Position numbers and translations under genes: made by a program | Shown here: positions 21,346 to 30,912 of the stretch, piece by piece | Position numbering within the stretch: the stretch's first letter is position 1 | Layout: every line of letters begins with the position of its first letter | From: a virus | Virus record (IMG/VR): IMGVR_UViG_3300010397_000002 | Location: 1 to 64,000 of that record | Length of the DNA: 64,000 bases | Direction: 5' to 3' (one strand) | The notes under the pieces: generated by a model | What the model was told of the DNA's origin: nothing | Seen by the model: the letters and a program-made list of their open reading frames with translations, nothing else | The model's database searches: none

Positions 21346-21729
21346 TCAATCAGATAGCCTCGCGCAGGCTATCTCTCCTTTTCTTACAAATCCTATTCTC
21401 CGGGCCTTCCTGTTTAAAATTAACTTTCTGTGCGGAATATGCCTTAACCATATCTCCAGATCAGAACCTTTCGCTAATACTTCGGCTTTAAAATGATGGC
21501 CTTTTGTAGGAGTTACATCACCATGCCTTAATCCTCCGTGGTAAACAGAAATAATTTTATCTATTCTGGCAGAGGCTTCTTTCTCCAGCACAGTATCAAT
21601 TTCAAGTTCTCTTAGTAAATGACTTCTACGGTACTCATTCAGCTTAACATAAAAATCCTGAGCACCAACTTGCGCTGATGTCAGGACTGCTATTGCCATA
21701 GCTAAAAAAGTCTTAATGATAACTACCAT
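21346..21729 (-). CDS. Secreted CAP/SCP-like protein
   Basis: Signal peptide; LNEYRRSHLL...WLRHIPHRKLILN...RIG pattern of CAP domains. Confidence 0.65.
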   Translation of the reverse strand: MVVIIKTFLAMAIAVLTSAQVGAQDFYVKLNEYRRSHLLRELEIDTVLEKEASARIDKIISVYHGGLRHGDVTPTKGHHFKAEVLAKGSDLEIWLRHIPHRKLILNRKARRIGFVRKGEIACARLSD

Positions 21730-22007
21730 GAATCGCTAGATCCTCCACCTCCAAAATCACCACCTCCACCGAAGTCTGAACTACCACTATCCGAAGAGGA
21801 TGATGAATAATCAATAGATGAACTACTATCGTTCATCATCATGTCAGCAATTAAAACTCCGGTCAATACATCAATAATGGAGTCATTACTTCCGCTTCGA
21901 CTACCAGAACATGAATGTCTGTTGGCTTCTGATTTACTATCAAAAGTCCGACCGCAAGAATTGCACTTGAATTTACTCATATATTTGTTTTTTAAAACAC
22001 TCTTCAC
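21723..22007 (-). CDS. Small Zn-finger protein with Ser/Gly-rich tail
   Basis: FKCNSCGRTFDSKSEANRHSC plus SDFGGGGDFGGGGSSDSW C-terminus. Confidence 0.6.
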   Translation of the reverse strand: MKSVLKNKYMSKFKCNSCGRTFDSKSEANRHSCSGSRSGSNDSIIDVLTGVLIADMMMNDSSSSIDYSSSSSDSGSSDFGGGGDFGGGGSSDSW

Positions 22008-22112
22008 ATTGGATCAGTCCTTTTTGTTTATTGTGATTTTCATCATGAATTGGATATGACTTTCCAATAAAGTTAAGTCCGCATGAATCACATAATTTTT
22101 TGATTATTTTTT

Positions 22113-22577
22113 TCATAACACAATCAACCAAACCCCAACAAATAAGAACACCAAGTAAACAATAGCTCTACCTCCCCATCCGAATGATCTCCACCACTTC
22201 TCTTTATCAGGCCATGCTCTGTCACTTAAATGCTTCACTACATGATTGAGAATCTCTGGCATAGTTAAGTACCTAAATCCATAACGGTGTGATTTTGGAA
22301 TGCCAGCGTATGTAGTAACGTTATTCTTTAAATGAATATAGTTTATCCAGTAAGGGAATAATGCTGCAAATAAGAATGTGGCTGCTGTGGTGAATCTAAT
22401 GAGATTAAGAATATAGTTTGTGTCATACATTAAAAAGGAGATGATACAAGCAACAATAAAGCAAGTTATACCTCTTATCCTCCAATCATAATTCGGATGC
22501 ACGTCTCCATATTTATCTCGGTATACTTCGAAAAGTGTTGGTAGGATGAGGATTACTATTGTCATGAATGTTTTCAT
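22113..22577 (-). CDS. Multi-pass membrane protein
   Basis: Several hydrophobic helices. Confidence 0.6.
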   Translation of the reverse strand: MKTFMTIVILILPTLFEVYRDKYGDVHPNYDWRIRGITCFIVACIISFLMYDTNYILNLIRFTTAATFLFAALFPYWINYIHLKNNVTTYAGIPKSHRYGFRYLTMPEILNHVVKHLSDRAWPDKEKWWRSFGWGGRAIVYLVFLFVGVWLIVL

Positions 22578-22582
22578 AAGTA

Positions 22583-22768
22583 TTATTTGTTTTTGAGTAG
22601 TCCAATAACCTCAATAATAATTTCAAAAGCGAATGTGGCTAAAAATAAAATGGACGCTATCTTACCAATTATCCAAAGATGTTGATAATCACTTGCTCCT
22701 GTAACCACTACATTAATGACCATTACGATGGCTAGAAATATTTGAAAATAAAATGCTGTCCTTATCAT
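22583..22768 (-). CDS. Small membrane protein
   Basis: 61 aa, two hydrophobic segments. Confidence 0.55.
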   Translation of the reverse strand: MIRTAFYFQIFLAIVMVINVVVTGASDYQHLWIIGKIASILFLATFAFEIIIEVIGLLKNK

Positions 22769-22959
22769 GGTTTTATTTCTAATTTTATAACTCTAATCTC
22801 TGATACGTTATGCTTTTTCATGTAGTCTACTCCATAAAATAAAGCAGAACTAATACATGTATAAGTTTTAGAGATGCCGGTTCCATTTTTGTAGTATACA
22901 TAAAGTCTATGTGTTGGAACTTTACTTTTAACTCCCATACAGAAATTTTTAAAGAACAT
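22765..22959 (-). CDS. Hypothetical protein
   Basis: 64 aa, ATGA overlap with the next gene. Confidence 0.5.
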   Translation of the reverse strand: MFFKNFCMGVKSKVPTHRLYVYYKNGTGISKTYTCISSALFYGVDYMKKHNVSEIRVIKLEIKP

Positions 22960-23061
22960 TTTGTCTCATCGACCAAGATCCCTCGCCACCAATCTAGCGA
23001 GGGACGACTCTGTTTTAAACCAATAAACTGCGGAACTCTCAAAACCGCAATCGCATATACA

Positions 23062-23081
23062 ATAGTAATATATATCACTAT
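23062..23081. promoter_or_regulatory. Operator-like palindrome, copy 1
   Basis: ATAGTAATATATATCACTAT (19/20 to the perfect palindrome ATAGTGATATATATCACTAT). Confidence 0.65.
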
Positions 23082-23351
23082 CTAATCCAAATTTAATAAC
23101 AAGAATTTTTCCCATGTGTCGATAGTATATACTTCTCCACCATGTTTGCGAATCTGTGAATGGACGTATTTTTGTAATTTTTCTGCATCTTTTTCTGGTT
23201 TTTTTACTTCAATTCTAATGGTTCTACCATTTTTTATAGCTTCTAAATCAGGCCATCCACTCTTTGAAACGATGATATGTTTAACGGCATACCATCCTCT
23301 TTTCTTTAAATGACTTCTTATCTTCGATTGAAGTTTTGATTCTAGAGCCAT
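23082..23351 (-). CDS. VRR-NUC family nuclease
   Basis: ESKLQSKI...GWPDL...IEVKKP...LQKYVH motif. Confidence 0.85.
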   Translation of the reverse strand: MALESKLQSKIRSHLKKRGWYAVKHIIVSKSGWPDLEAIKNGRTIRIEVKKPEKDAEKLQKYVHSQIRKHGGEVYTIDTWEKFLLLNLD

Positions 23352-23352
23352 T

Positions 23353-24633
23353 CTATCTTAATCCAAAATCTTTTCTGAAATAATTTAATGTGTAATCTAA
23401 CTTCTTCGAAACTGCTTTATACACATATTTTTCAATACCATTCTTACTGAATATCCAATATAACTTGCTTGCAATAGTTCTGGTTTGAGATTGCATTCGG
23501 GCTCGGAATTGGAAATAGGTTGTTGCCGAAAAGGCGATATTGTATGCCACTAGCGCATCAGCAGTACTTAAATTAACTCCCATTCTTCCACTTACAAATT
23601 GACACACAAATGTGATGTTTGCGTTCTCGTTGAATATCTCTGGATTATCGGTACTCAATGGAAATACCTTTCTTAAAATATTACCTTCTTCAATGAAGTT
23701 ATAAAAAATTGCTATTTTTTTACCTGCGAATTTTGATTTAATAAACCATGCCTTGCTCTCATCTAAAGTCTGTCTTTTTTCTTCGTCAGAGATGATGGTG
23801 CCAGAAGAAATTTGATGGAATGCGCTTTGCATTTTAGCTGGCGTATCACATACGATATGACCACCATTTTTTAACTTATAAATTCTATCTTTCTTAAGCA
23901 CATCCATTAATTGATATAATCTTTTATCAATATCAACCCATAGAATTTCTTCTTCAACATGAGAAGTAAATCCAGCCTCTTCTTGACTAAGTGTCACCAT
24001 GTAATGCTTGGTCACTTCTTTTATCTTTTCTTCAAGTCCTTCTGAATAATCATTCAATTGTAATCTATGCAAATACTTCTGTTTTACTTGTCTCTTTATT
24101 ACCTTGCCACTTCCATCTCTTACATCGTAATGCTTTACATAATCTTTTGCCCACGCATAGAAATTTCGGTAAATAGAGAATGGGCTATAATAACATACTG
24201 AGAATTGATGGAATATTTGGCTTGGAGATTCTGGAGTTGGACTACCTGACATTAATATGACTGGAGTCTTTCCTGCAAGTTCTTTTACTTTTTGACAATA
24301 GACTCCAGGCTTAGGAAAAGCTGAAAGAAAAGTTGCCTCATCACATATTATAAGATCGTACTCTTGAATTAAATTGCCGACCTGTTGGTAATTAGTGATT
24401 GTTATTTTATTGAATGTATGTCCAAGCTTTAAATAATCACTCTTTATACTTGATATGGCTTTTTTTACCGTTAAGAATAAAATTCTTTTGAATCCAAGTT
24501 CTTTGGCAATTGTCATGGACATGATTGTTTTTCCACAACGAACTTGAGCCGCTAAGTATAATAAATTATATCTTTTTAGTATAGCTACACTTTTAGCAAC
24601 TGTTTTCAGTTGGTCTTCTCTTAAAATAATCAT
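23353..24633 (-). CDS. SF2 (SNF2-like) helicase
   Basis: RCGKT Walker A, ICDEA, MSGSP, GVNL, QFRAR motifs. Confidence 0.8.
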   Translation of the reverse strand: MIILREDQLKTVAKSVAILKRYNLLYLAAQVRCGKTIMSMTIAKELGFKRILFLTVKKAISSIKSDYLKLGHTFNKITITNYQQVGNLIQEYDLIICDEATFLSAFPKPGVYCQKVKELAGKTPVILMSGSPTPESPSQIFHQFSVCYYSPFSIYRNFYAWAKDYVKHYDVRDGSGKVIKRQVKQKYLHRLQLNDYSEGLEEKIKEVTKHYMVTLSQEEAGFTSHVEEEILWVDIDKRLYQLMDVLKKDRIYKLKNGGHIVCDTPAKMQSAFHQISSGTIISDEEKRQTLDESKAWFIKSKFAGKKIAIFYNFIEEGNILRKVFPLSTDNPEIFNENANITFVCQFVSGRMGVNLSTADALVAYNIAFSATTYFQFRARMQSQTRTIASKLYWIFSKNGIEKYVYKAVSKKLDYTLNYFRKDFGLR

Positions 24634-25151
24634 ACAATAATAATGTCTGTAGTATTAATTGTCTTTTTAACAACTCTTTGAAGAGTATGAACTTTAATAT
24701 TTTTAGCTATTGCTGCTTGGGCTATTGAATCATAATAAATTCCGGTCTGTAAATCTAAAACCATTTTAGCTTCTGGTGATGTCTTGCCTAAAAATCTATG
24801 AGAGTGTTTTTCGTTTTGTGATGGTGTGCACCACTCTAAATTAGAAACATAATTATCAGTTTTGACTCCATTTTTATGGTTAACATGTGGAAGATTGCTT
24901 GGATTAGGGATGAAGGAAATAGCTACAAGACGATGGACTATAAATCTTTTTGTTTTATTATTAAGACAAAGAGTTATTCTTAAATAACCACCATTTATTA
25001 TATCTGATTTTAATATTTTTTCATGTATTTTATACACGCCACCACCAAAAGCCTTTGTGTCGGTATACCTGCCTACACTTTTAACTCTACCTAAATTACT
25101 AACTTGATAAGAACCATTATAACCATCTATGTCTTTCCACTCTTCAATCAT
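24630..25151 (-). CDS. NUMOD4-HNH homing endonuclease
   Basis: EEWKDIDGYNGSYQVSNLGRVKS; VHRLVA...VNHKNGVKTDN...NLEWCT. Confidence 0.9.
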   Translation of the reverse strand: MIEEWKDIDGYNGSYQVSNLGRVKSVGRYTDTKAFGGGVYKIHEKILKSDIINGGYLRITLCLNNKTKRFIVHRLVAISFIPNPSNLPHVNHKNGVKTDNYVSNLEWCTPSQNEKHSHRFLGKTSPEAKMVLDLQTGIYYDSIAQAAIAKNIKVHTLQRVVKKTINTTDIIIV

Positions 25152-25366
25152 ACCTTACCACTTTTATACAGTTCTAAATGTAACTCCCATTTTTTAATCA
25201 GCATCTCCATGTGTTGCTTAATGTCTTGCGGCATTTTATCAATACCTATTGTCAATAAATGTTTGTAGTGGTCGATCATGTACTCAAGACCATCTTTGGT
25301 ATGTCCAATCTTTTCACTACCAATCTGAATTTGATTTTCAAGGTATATTTCTTTTGGCCGATTCAT
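25148..25366 (-). CDS. Hypothetical protein
   Basis: 72 aa, coupled by ATGA overlaps. Confidence 0.55.
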   Translation of the reverse strand: MNRPKEIYLENQIQIGSEKIGHTKDGLEYMIDHYKHLLTIGIDKMPQDIKQHMEMLIKKWELHLELYKSGKV

Positions 25367-25755
25367 AGATATCCTTTTTCTTCAAGTAACATCTCGACTT
25401 TTTTCCAATCAACAAAAGGCTTTGGATGAATCTCTGGATCATAGATCAATTTTATCCCGATATTTTTGTCATCTATGAGAGCCCCGCAAAAAATTTTACG
25501 CGAACCGGTTTCAAATTCAGGATTACAGTTCAAATACTTCATTTCAATACCATGATTCCGTAATAATTCTTCCGCGTCATCAAGAAGATGATTCTCTCTC
25601 ATTGTTATAAGAATAAGAGTATGGCCCGCATCTTGTAATTTTTTTATAGTCTCAATGGCACCTGGAATTGGCTCTCCGATATATGGGTATTCATTGTAAC
25701 AAATCGTAGAGTCAAAATCTATTCCTATTGATGTAACTTTAATTTCCTTCTTCAT
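25363..25755 (-). CDS. HAD-superfamily phosphatase
   Basis: IDFDSTI motif I, ITMR motif II, K...IDDKN motifs III/IV. Confidence 0.8.
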   Translation of the reverse strand: MKKEIKVTSIGIDFDSTICYNEYPYIGEPIPGAIETIKKLQDAGHTLILITMRENHLLDDAEELLRNHGIEMKYLNCNPEFETGSRKIFCGALIDDKNIGIKLIYDPEIHPKPFVDWKKVEMLLEEKGYL

Positions 25756-25961
25756 AAGCTGTGCCTTTTAATATACAAATCCAACGAATCATTAATATCT
25801 CTTAACACTGTAACAAGAGACTTACTTTTTCCTTTTTTATATTCCTTCATCGCCTCCTCCATCCGCTCTTTACTGATGCGCTTAATAGGCACCTTCAACT
25901 TTGGCCGCATTTGGTTGTAGTCGAAAAGAGAAAATTGATGGTGAACTCGGATGAATTTCAT
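25752..25961 (-). CDS. Hypothetical protein
   Basis: 69 aa, coupled. Confidence 0.5.
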   Translation of the reverse strand: MKFIRVHHQFSLFDYNQMRPKLKVPIKRISKERMEEAMKEYKKGKSKSLVTVLRDINDSLDLYIKRHSL

Positions 25962-26251
25962 TTTATTAACTCGTATATTCTTTCAGGTTCAAAATCTGCA
26001 AGCATCCTATTCATATCATCATCCGACTCAACACCTTTTGGTCTTGGATAAATTAACGTTGGTGGCTTATCTTTTTCATGTAATCCAAAAACAATTTCGT
26101 GTCCATCTTTTAAATATCGAATATCCAATTTACCTGGACTATATGTAGAGAAGTAATCATCCACTGATGGAGCGTACGTCTTTACACCGTCTACATAATC
26201 AACACGAAAGGTAGAATATCCGATACTCAATAAATATTTTTGAAAACTCAT
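25958..26251 (-). CDS. Hypothetical protein
   Basis: 97 aa, coupled. Confidence 0.55.
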   Translation of the reverse strand: MSFQKYLLSIGYSTFRVDYVDGVKTYAPSVDDYFSTYSPGKLDIRYLKDGHEIVFGLHEKDKPPTLIYPRPKGVESDDDMNRMLADFEPERIYELIK

Positions 26252-27120
26252 AGCTTTAATAAATCCTCACTCTTAATCGCATACACTCCAGCATGCTTAC
26301 AAGTCTCTGCGGCAGCTTTATTCGCCAGTTCAAGCGAATCATCAATCAGCATTCCGCAAGCATAACACAATGCAATGATAGCAGTTATAGTATCGCCTGC
26401 ACCGCATACATCAACCACACCAACTTCTTCTCCTGGTAAGTGATCTCTTCCTGAAGATGAATACAGATACAATCCTAACTCCCCAATTGTGACCACAAAA
26501 TAATTTATCTTAAGCGTGGTCCTGATGGAGTCTATATCTAATCCTTTAGCTTCGTGCTTATTGCATTTTACAATGTTTGCCCATTTATATTTATGAAAAT
26601 CTTTTTTAGCATCCACAATAACAGGGACATGATTGTCGTTACATAAGTTTATTATTATCTGCGCAATACTAAGGCTAATGGTGCCCTTATGATAATCGGA
26701 GAATATAACTGCATCCAGCGATGGTAACAATTTCTCGAAATCTTCTCTCCAATGGACATCATCATAAGTTATATCTTCTTGGTTGGCATCTTCTTCATCA
26801 ATACGGAGAAGATGATGGTTGGACGACATGATCCTTGTTTTAACAGGAGTTACACCTGCATGGACAAAGACTGTGTGTGCTTTTTTAGCAGATGAACAGC
26901 GTGTGAATAGATAAGCATCAACACCAAGATTCAATAAATTCAAAAGAACATTTCCGGCACCGCCTAGATAAGAAGTTTCTGATGTCTTCATTACCACAAC
27001 AACAGGAGCCTCTGGAGACACTCGTTCAACATCACCAAAGATGTATCGGTCTTCGATAAGATCACCGATGATGGCAATTTTAAGTTTGGATGCTTTTTCT
27101 AGGAGTTCTTGGATATTCAT
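26248..27120 (-). CDS. hldA: D-glycero-D-manno-heptose-7-phosphate kinase (RfaE domain I, PfkB family)
   Basis: IGDLIEDRYIFGDVERVSPEAPVVV, LGGAGNV, KTRI...LLRIDEE, FSDYHKG, DVCGAGDT. Confidence 0.88.
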   Translation of the reverse strand: MNIQELLEKASKLKIAIIGDLIEDRYIFGDVERVSPEAPVVVVMKTSETSYLGGAGNVLLNLLNLGVDAYLFTRCSSAKKAHTVFVHAGVTPVKTRIMSSNHHLLRIDEEDANQEDITYDDVHWREDFEKLLPSLDAVIFSDYHKGTISLSIAQIIINLCNDNHVPVIVDAKKDFHKYKWANIVKCNKHEAKGLDIDSIRTTLKINYFVVTIGELGLYLYSSSGRDHLPGEEVGVVDVCGAGDTITAIIALCYACGMLIDDSLELANKAAAETCKHAGVYAIKSEDLLKL

Positions 27121-27143
27121 TTTAAACTATTTTGTAATTTTTT

Positions 27144-27353
27144 CTAATAAAAATATACTCCAGATTCATTGTAAACTTCTTCTCGCCTACGCTTATATTC
27201 AGTTTTTATGATAATCTTAGGTATTTCAATCCCCCTTAATGCCATAATTTTACACGCTGCTTCTACCCAAGTATTTGGCCAGTATTTACTAGCTTCCTTT
27301 TTACCATCATTAACTATATGATAAATTAATTTTTGTAGTGTTGTCTCCTGCAT
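27144..27353 (-). CDS. Hypothetical protein
   Basis: 69 aa between hldC and hldA. Confidence 0.5.
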   Translation of the reverse strand: MQETTLQKLIYHIVNDGKKEASKYWPNTWVEAACKIMALRGIEIPKIIIKTEYKRRREEVYNESGVYFY

Positions 27354-27754
27354 GCCTCAATAATTTTAGTTGATGAAAATCTCTTGTCTCTTTCAAAGAA
27401 GATTACTTTTGCATGTTCGCTGCCGACTACATATTTGTCTTTGTAGTCGGAGCCTACTACGATGTAGTCAGGTTTCATTATTGATATCCTCTCTTCAAGA
27501 AGATTATTATCATCATGAGAGTCAATTGCTGAAACTACTTGATTTCCATAACAAGTTAATGAAGCGATAGCATCATGCCGTTCTGAAAATTTAAATATTG
27601 GTCGATTTATACCTTTATCTATTGTTATTTTTTTATCAGAATCAAGGCTTACGATAACAGTGCCGTTTACTCCTGCTATTTGTCGACAGAATAAAAGTAG
27701 GTTGATGTGTGCAACTGTTAGGACATCATATGTCCCATTTGTAAATATCTTCAT
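27326..27754 (-). CDS. hldC: Heptose-1-phosphate nucleotidyltransferase (RfaE domain II, cytidylyltransferase-like)
   Basis: IFTNGTYDVLTVAH, LDSD...KG..RPI, KPDYIVVGSDY, FSSTKII. Confidence 0.82.
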   Translation of the reverse strand: MKIFTNGTYDVLTVAHINLLLFCRQIAGVNGTVIVSLDSDKKITIDKGINRPIFKFSERHDAIASLTCYGNQVVSAIDSHDDNNLLEERISIMKPDYIVVGSDYKDKYVVGSEHAKVIFFERDKRFSSTKIIEACRRQHYKN

Positions 27755-27757
27755 AAA

Positions 27758-28039
27758 TTAAAATGGAATGTCATCCGTATTAACATTACTATCTCCAGCG
27801 GGACTCGCATAAGTATCACCACTATTTGGTCTTGTGGGACCAATGATCTTACCGTTGCCGAGGATATTTCCTTTCTTTCCGGCATCACGTTCTTCTTTCG
27901 AAATTTGCTGGATAGCCATGTAATCATTACCATAGGCTTGTTTGTCAATAAGAACAATATCCAAGTACATGGCCCCATCCTTGCCAGGAAACAATCTTGT
28001 CTTATCTATTTTTTTAACATTTATCTTAATCGTGATCAT
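27758..28039 (-). CDS. Putative single-stranded DNA-binding protein
   Basis: KIDKTRLFPGKDGAMYLDI core and acidic DDIPF C-terminus. Confidence 0.6.
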   Translation of the reverse strand: MITIKINVKKIDKTRLFPGKDGAMYLDIVLIDKQAYGNDYMAIQQISKEERDAGKKGNILGNGKIIGPTRPNSGDTYASPAGDSNVNTDDIPF

Positions 28040-28040
28040 A

Positions 28041-28310
28041 CTATTCGTTTTTAATCTTGTTAAACTCTTCCATATTCACAACATAAAGTATGGCGACATA
28101 TTCACCATTTCCAGTAGCCATTGAACTCATTAATTTTTGACCGGTTATTTTATCTATTCCCATGGTTACCTTACAACCTGTCTTTACTGTATCACAAGAT
28201 ACAATGGTGGTACTACATGCGATGTCTCCATTTCTTTTAGACATCTCGCTCATAACTTCAAAATCACCTTTACTTTTTGCCATAACTATACAAATCCAAA
28301 TTGTTTCCAA
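28041..28310 (-). CDS. Hypothetical protein
   Basis: Probable start MAKSKGDF. Confidence 0.5.
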   Translation of the reverse strand: METIWICIVMAKSKGDFEVMSEMSKRNGDIACSTTIVSCDTVKTGCKVTMGIDKITGQKLMSSMATGNGEYVAILYVVNMEEFNKIKNE

Positions 28311-28882
28311 ACACCAATTGCTCTCTCTATTTTAACCTGACCACTTTTATAATACTCATGGTCTTTTGTTAAGAGCCTTTTAAATAATCGTCTAGGGTCT
28401 TTCTTCGACACGCCAACGATAAGATAATTTTCATAGCCAACAACATTCAAATAAAAGTAACAGGATGCATCATAGTCGTGATTTATGATGGCATTGTCAA
28501 ATCCATTCTCTGTTGTTATCGCAAGTCCTTTATATTCAAAGATGGTGGATAGCACTCTGCTGTCCCCATCTGTCTTACACCTAACTCCCTTGAGTCCGAA
28601 TCTATCAGTCCGGTACCATTCACGCTCACGCCTGAAGTCATGCATCATAATTAACTTCCTGCACAACTCATCTTTCAAAACTGTCTCTGCCATCATCTTA
28701 GCTAAATTATAACCGCTATGTGTTTTATCAGCTTTGTATGGCTCAAGTAGAGCATTATGGTTTAAAGTTCCTGCTTCAAAAATTTCGTTCAAGTTCTCCG
28801 GCGCTTCTCGCTTGGGAGCAATTTTATTTACGATCGATTTAAGATCAGAGTTTGATACAAAGTCGTGATCAAAATATCCCAT
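28286..28882 (-). CDS. RecE/ExoVIII-like PD-(D/E)XK exonuclease
   Basis: VSNSDLK, GTLNHNALLEP, VRCKTD...FEYK. Confidence 0.65.
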   Translation of the reverse strand: MGYFDHDFVSNSDLKSIVNKIAPKREAPENLNEIFEAGTLNHNALLEPYKADKTHSGYNLAKMMAETVLKDELCRKLIMMHDFRREREWYRTDRFGLKGVRCKTDGDSRVLSTIFEYKGLAITTENGFDNAIINHDYDASCYFYLNVVGYENYLIVGVSKKDPRRLFKRLLTKDHEYYKSGQVKIERAIGVWKQFGFV

Positions 28883-29444
28883 TCTCTTTCATCTTTAAAA
28901 AACAAGCCATTGTAGCCTGACAATCACTCAATGCATCATGAGCTCCAATAAAGTCCATCCCGAATAAATGTTTATGAAGTTCTTCTAATTTAGGCCACTT
29001 AAATGATTTCCCATATTGTCCAGGGATTTGACAAATGTCAGTGCCTATCTTCATCGTGCAAATTTTATCAGTCTTAGCAGTTGCCCTTGCTTTATACCGA
29101 ATCATTTCAGCACCTAACACATTGTAATCAAAATCTACATTATGCGCGATCATGTACTTTGATCGGTTGATGTCTTTAACAAGCATCTCAAGAACCATTT
29201 TCATTGGCATGCCTTCGGCTTCGCATCGTGCTGTATTGTATCCTTTATTAGTCCAAAAGTCTTCTTTCGGAACTACCCATCCATCTGGCTTGATGAAGAA
29301 TTTATTTTCTGATTTAGTTTTTAAATCTTCCGATAAGAATATCCAACCAAGCTGGATTACACGCGGCCAGTTATCAACATTGAACATAGATGCTTTGTAA
29401 TCTTTAGGAAGTCCGTTGGTTTCAGTATCGAAGAATGTGTACAT
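28869..29444 (-). CDS. DEDDh 3'-5' exonuclease (DnaQ-like)
   Basis: FFDTETNG, AHNVDFD, AHDALSD. Confidence 0.88.
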   Translation of the reverse strand: MYTFFDTETNGLPKDYKASMFNVDNWPRVIQLGWIFLSEDLKTKSENKFFIKPDGWVVPKEDFWTNKGYNTARCEAEGMPMKMVLEMLVKDINRSKYMIAHNVDFDYNVLGAEMIRYKARATAKTDKICTMKIGTDICQIPGQYGKSFKWPKLEELHKHLFGMDFIGAHDALSDCQATMACFLKMKENGIF

Positions 29445-30655
29445 TATTTTCTGATTATTACCTTCGAAATTTCTTTGACTTCGAGCCCTTGAATATTCAC
29501 ATCACAATTCTTTAAAAAGAAACTAAGCAATGAGTCAACCCAGTCAACATAAACCGGGAATCCGTTCTCATCCATCTTAGGCTGCTTAGTCTTACTATCG
29601 ACTTTAATAATATTCGGAAACTTATCATTCATGAAGCAATGATACATGATCTCGGTCAATGGCTTCAAAGGCTTATCATCCTTAAATTTAGCGATCAGTT
29701 TTATAGCACCTACTTCTCCTAATTGTTGTGTAACTGCTTGCTCACGAAAGTCATTTTGCACCTTGTCAATCTCTGCCTCCCGATTAATGTTCTCATCGCT
29801 TTCCTTCTGCATATTGGCCAATTCTTTCTGATGAGCAGCCTCTTCTTCTGCGGCTTTACGCTTCTGTTCCTCTTGTAAGATTTTTTTAGCCTCAGCATCA
29901 TTCTCTGAATTTTTAAGATCAATCAAATTCTGTTTAATCTCTCCAATCTTTCCTCTCCACTCATTTATAACAGGGATAATTTTATCAGAAACAGCGGCAT
30001 CCCATTTAATGTAATTCTCTTCTATACCAATCAGAGCAAGTAGTTCTTCGAATTCTTCTTTGGTAATAAGGTTGTTGTTATATGATACTGAAAAACATTT
30101 GTTGTACATCTCTGTTTTAAGAGTAACCTTAAAAGACATAAATGTTTTTTCTCTGGCATCCCACGTTTCAAGCGTAGTATCATCCCAAAATTTCTTACTG
30201 CCTTCATGCACTTCCTTAACCCGAGTGATAACCAGATCAGCAAGATTCTTTTTTATCCTGGCAGTGATGTCAACTTTATGATTTTCTTTCTCCTTTTGCT
30301 TTTGGGCCTTAGCCTCTTCTTTCCGTTTTTCTTCAAGCTTCACCTGGTTATGAGCGCCAACTAAAGAACGTAACCGTACAGCTTCTTCATTCACATCTTT
30401 CTCATACTGCATAAGAAGTTTTTTCAGTGAATCAAACTCCTCAGTAATAGGCTTGCGTAGATTCTGCATGGCAGTGCCTGTGTTCTCTGTGGCGATGATG
30501 GTGGCACTAACATAAGCAAGAGACTCATCGTCTACAGAAGTAATTGCCTGTGTGGCTAGTAACGTCTTCTCACGTCCTTTTTGCATGCGGGGCACGATCT
30601 CCTGCATTTGCTTTACTATCGGCTCTAATTTGATTGGTACCAATTCTTCTGCCAT
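29444..30655 (-). CDS. Coiled-coil hypothetical protein
   Basis: 403 aa, E/K-rich helical, within the recombination block. Confidence 0.6.
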   Translation of the reverse strand: MAEELVPIKLEPIVKQMQEIVPRMQKGREKTLLATQAITSVDDESLAYVSATIIATENTGTAMQNLRKPITEEFDSLKKLLMQYEKDVNEEAVRLRSLVGAHNQVKLEEKRKEEAKAQKQKEKENHKVDITARIKKNLADLVITRVKEVHEGSKKFWDDTTLETWDAREKTFMSFKVTLKTEMYNKCFSVSYNNNLITKEEFEELLALIGIEENYIKWDAAVSDKIIPVINEWRGKIGEIKQNLIDLKNSENDAEAKKILQEEQKRKAAEEEAAHQKELANMQKESDENINREAEIDKVQNDFREQAVTQQLGEVGAIKLIAKFKDDKPLKPLTEIMYHCFMNDKFPNIIKVDSKTKQPKMDENGFPVYVDWVDSLLSFFLKNCDVNIQGLEVKEISKVIIRK

Positions 30656-30669
30656 GATGTTAGTCTTTT

Positions 30670-30912
30670 TTAGCCCAGCAATAATTTCTCAACGATGTTC
30701 ACGATATCACTAACCGTTTTAATATTATCTTCAACATCTGCATCCGGGATGCGAATGGAGAATTTTTTCTCGATCATGATGACAACCTCAATTTCGTCCA
30801 GACTATCCATGCCAAGGTCATCACGTAGATTTTCTTTTTCCTCAACGTGATCATGGTTTGTCACTACGCACAAGATGTTGGATACTGACTTTAAAATTTC
30901 TTCTCTGCTCAT
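30670..30912 (-). CDS. acpP: Acyl carrier protein
   Basis: [27 protein letters not shown]...IKTVSD with the phosphopantetheine Ser. Confidence 0.88.
   Translation of the reverse strand: MSREEILKSVSNILCVVTNHDHVEEKENLRDDLGMDSLDEIEVVIMIEKKFSIRIPDADVEDNIKTVSDIVNIVEKLLLG

Noticed and set aside
26248-27754. Host chromosomal LPS locus or contamination
   Set aside because: The heptose genes are interleaved and translationally coupled with phage genes and dispersed over three loci
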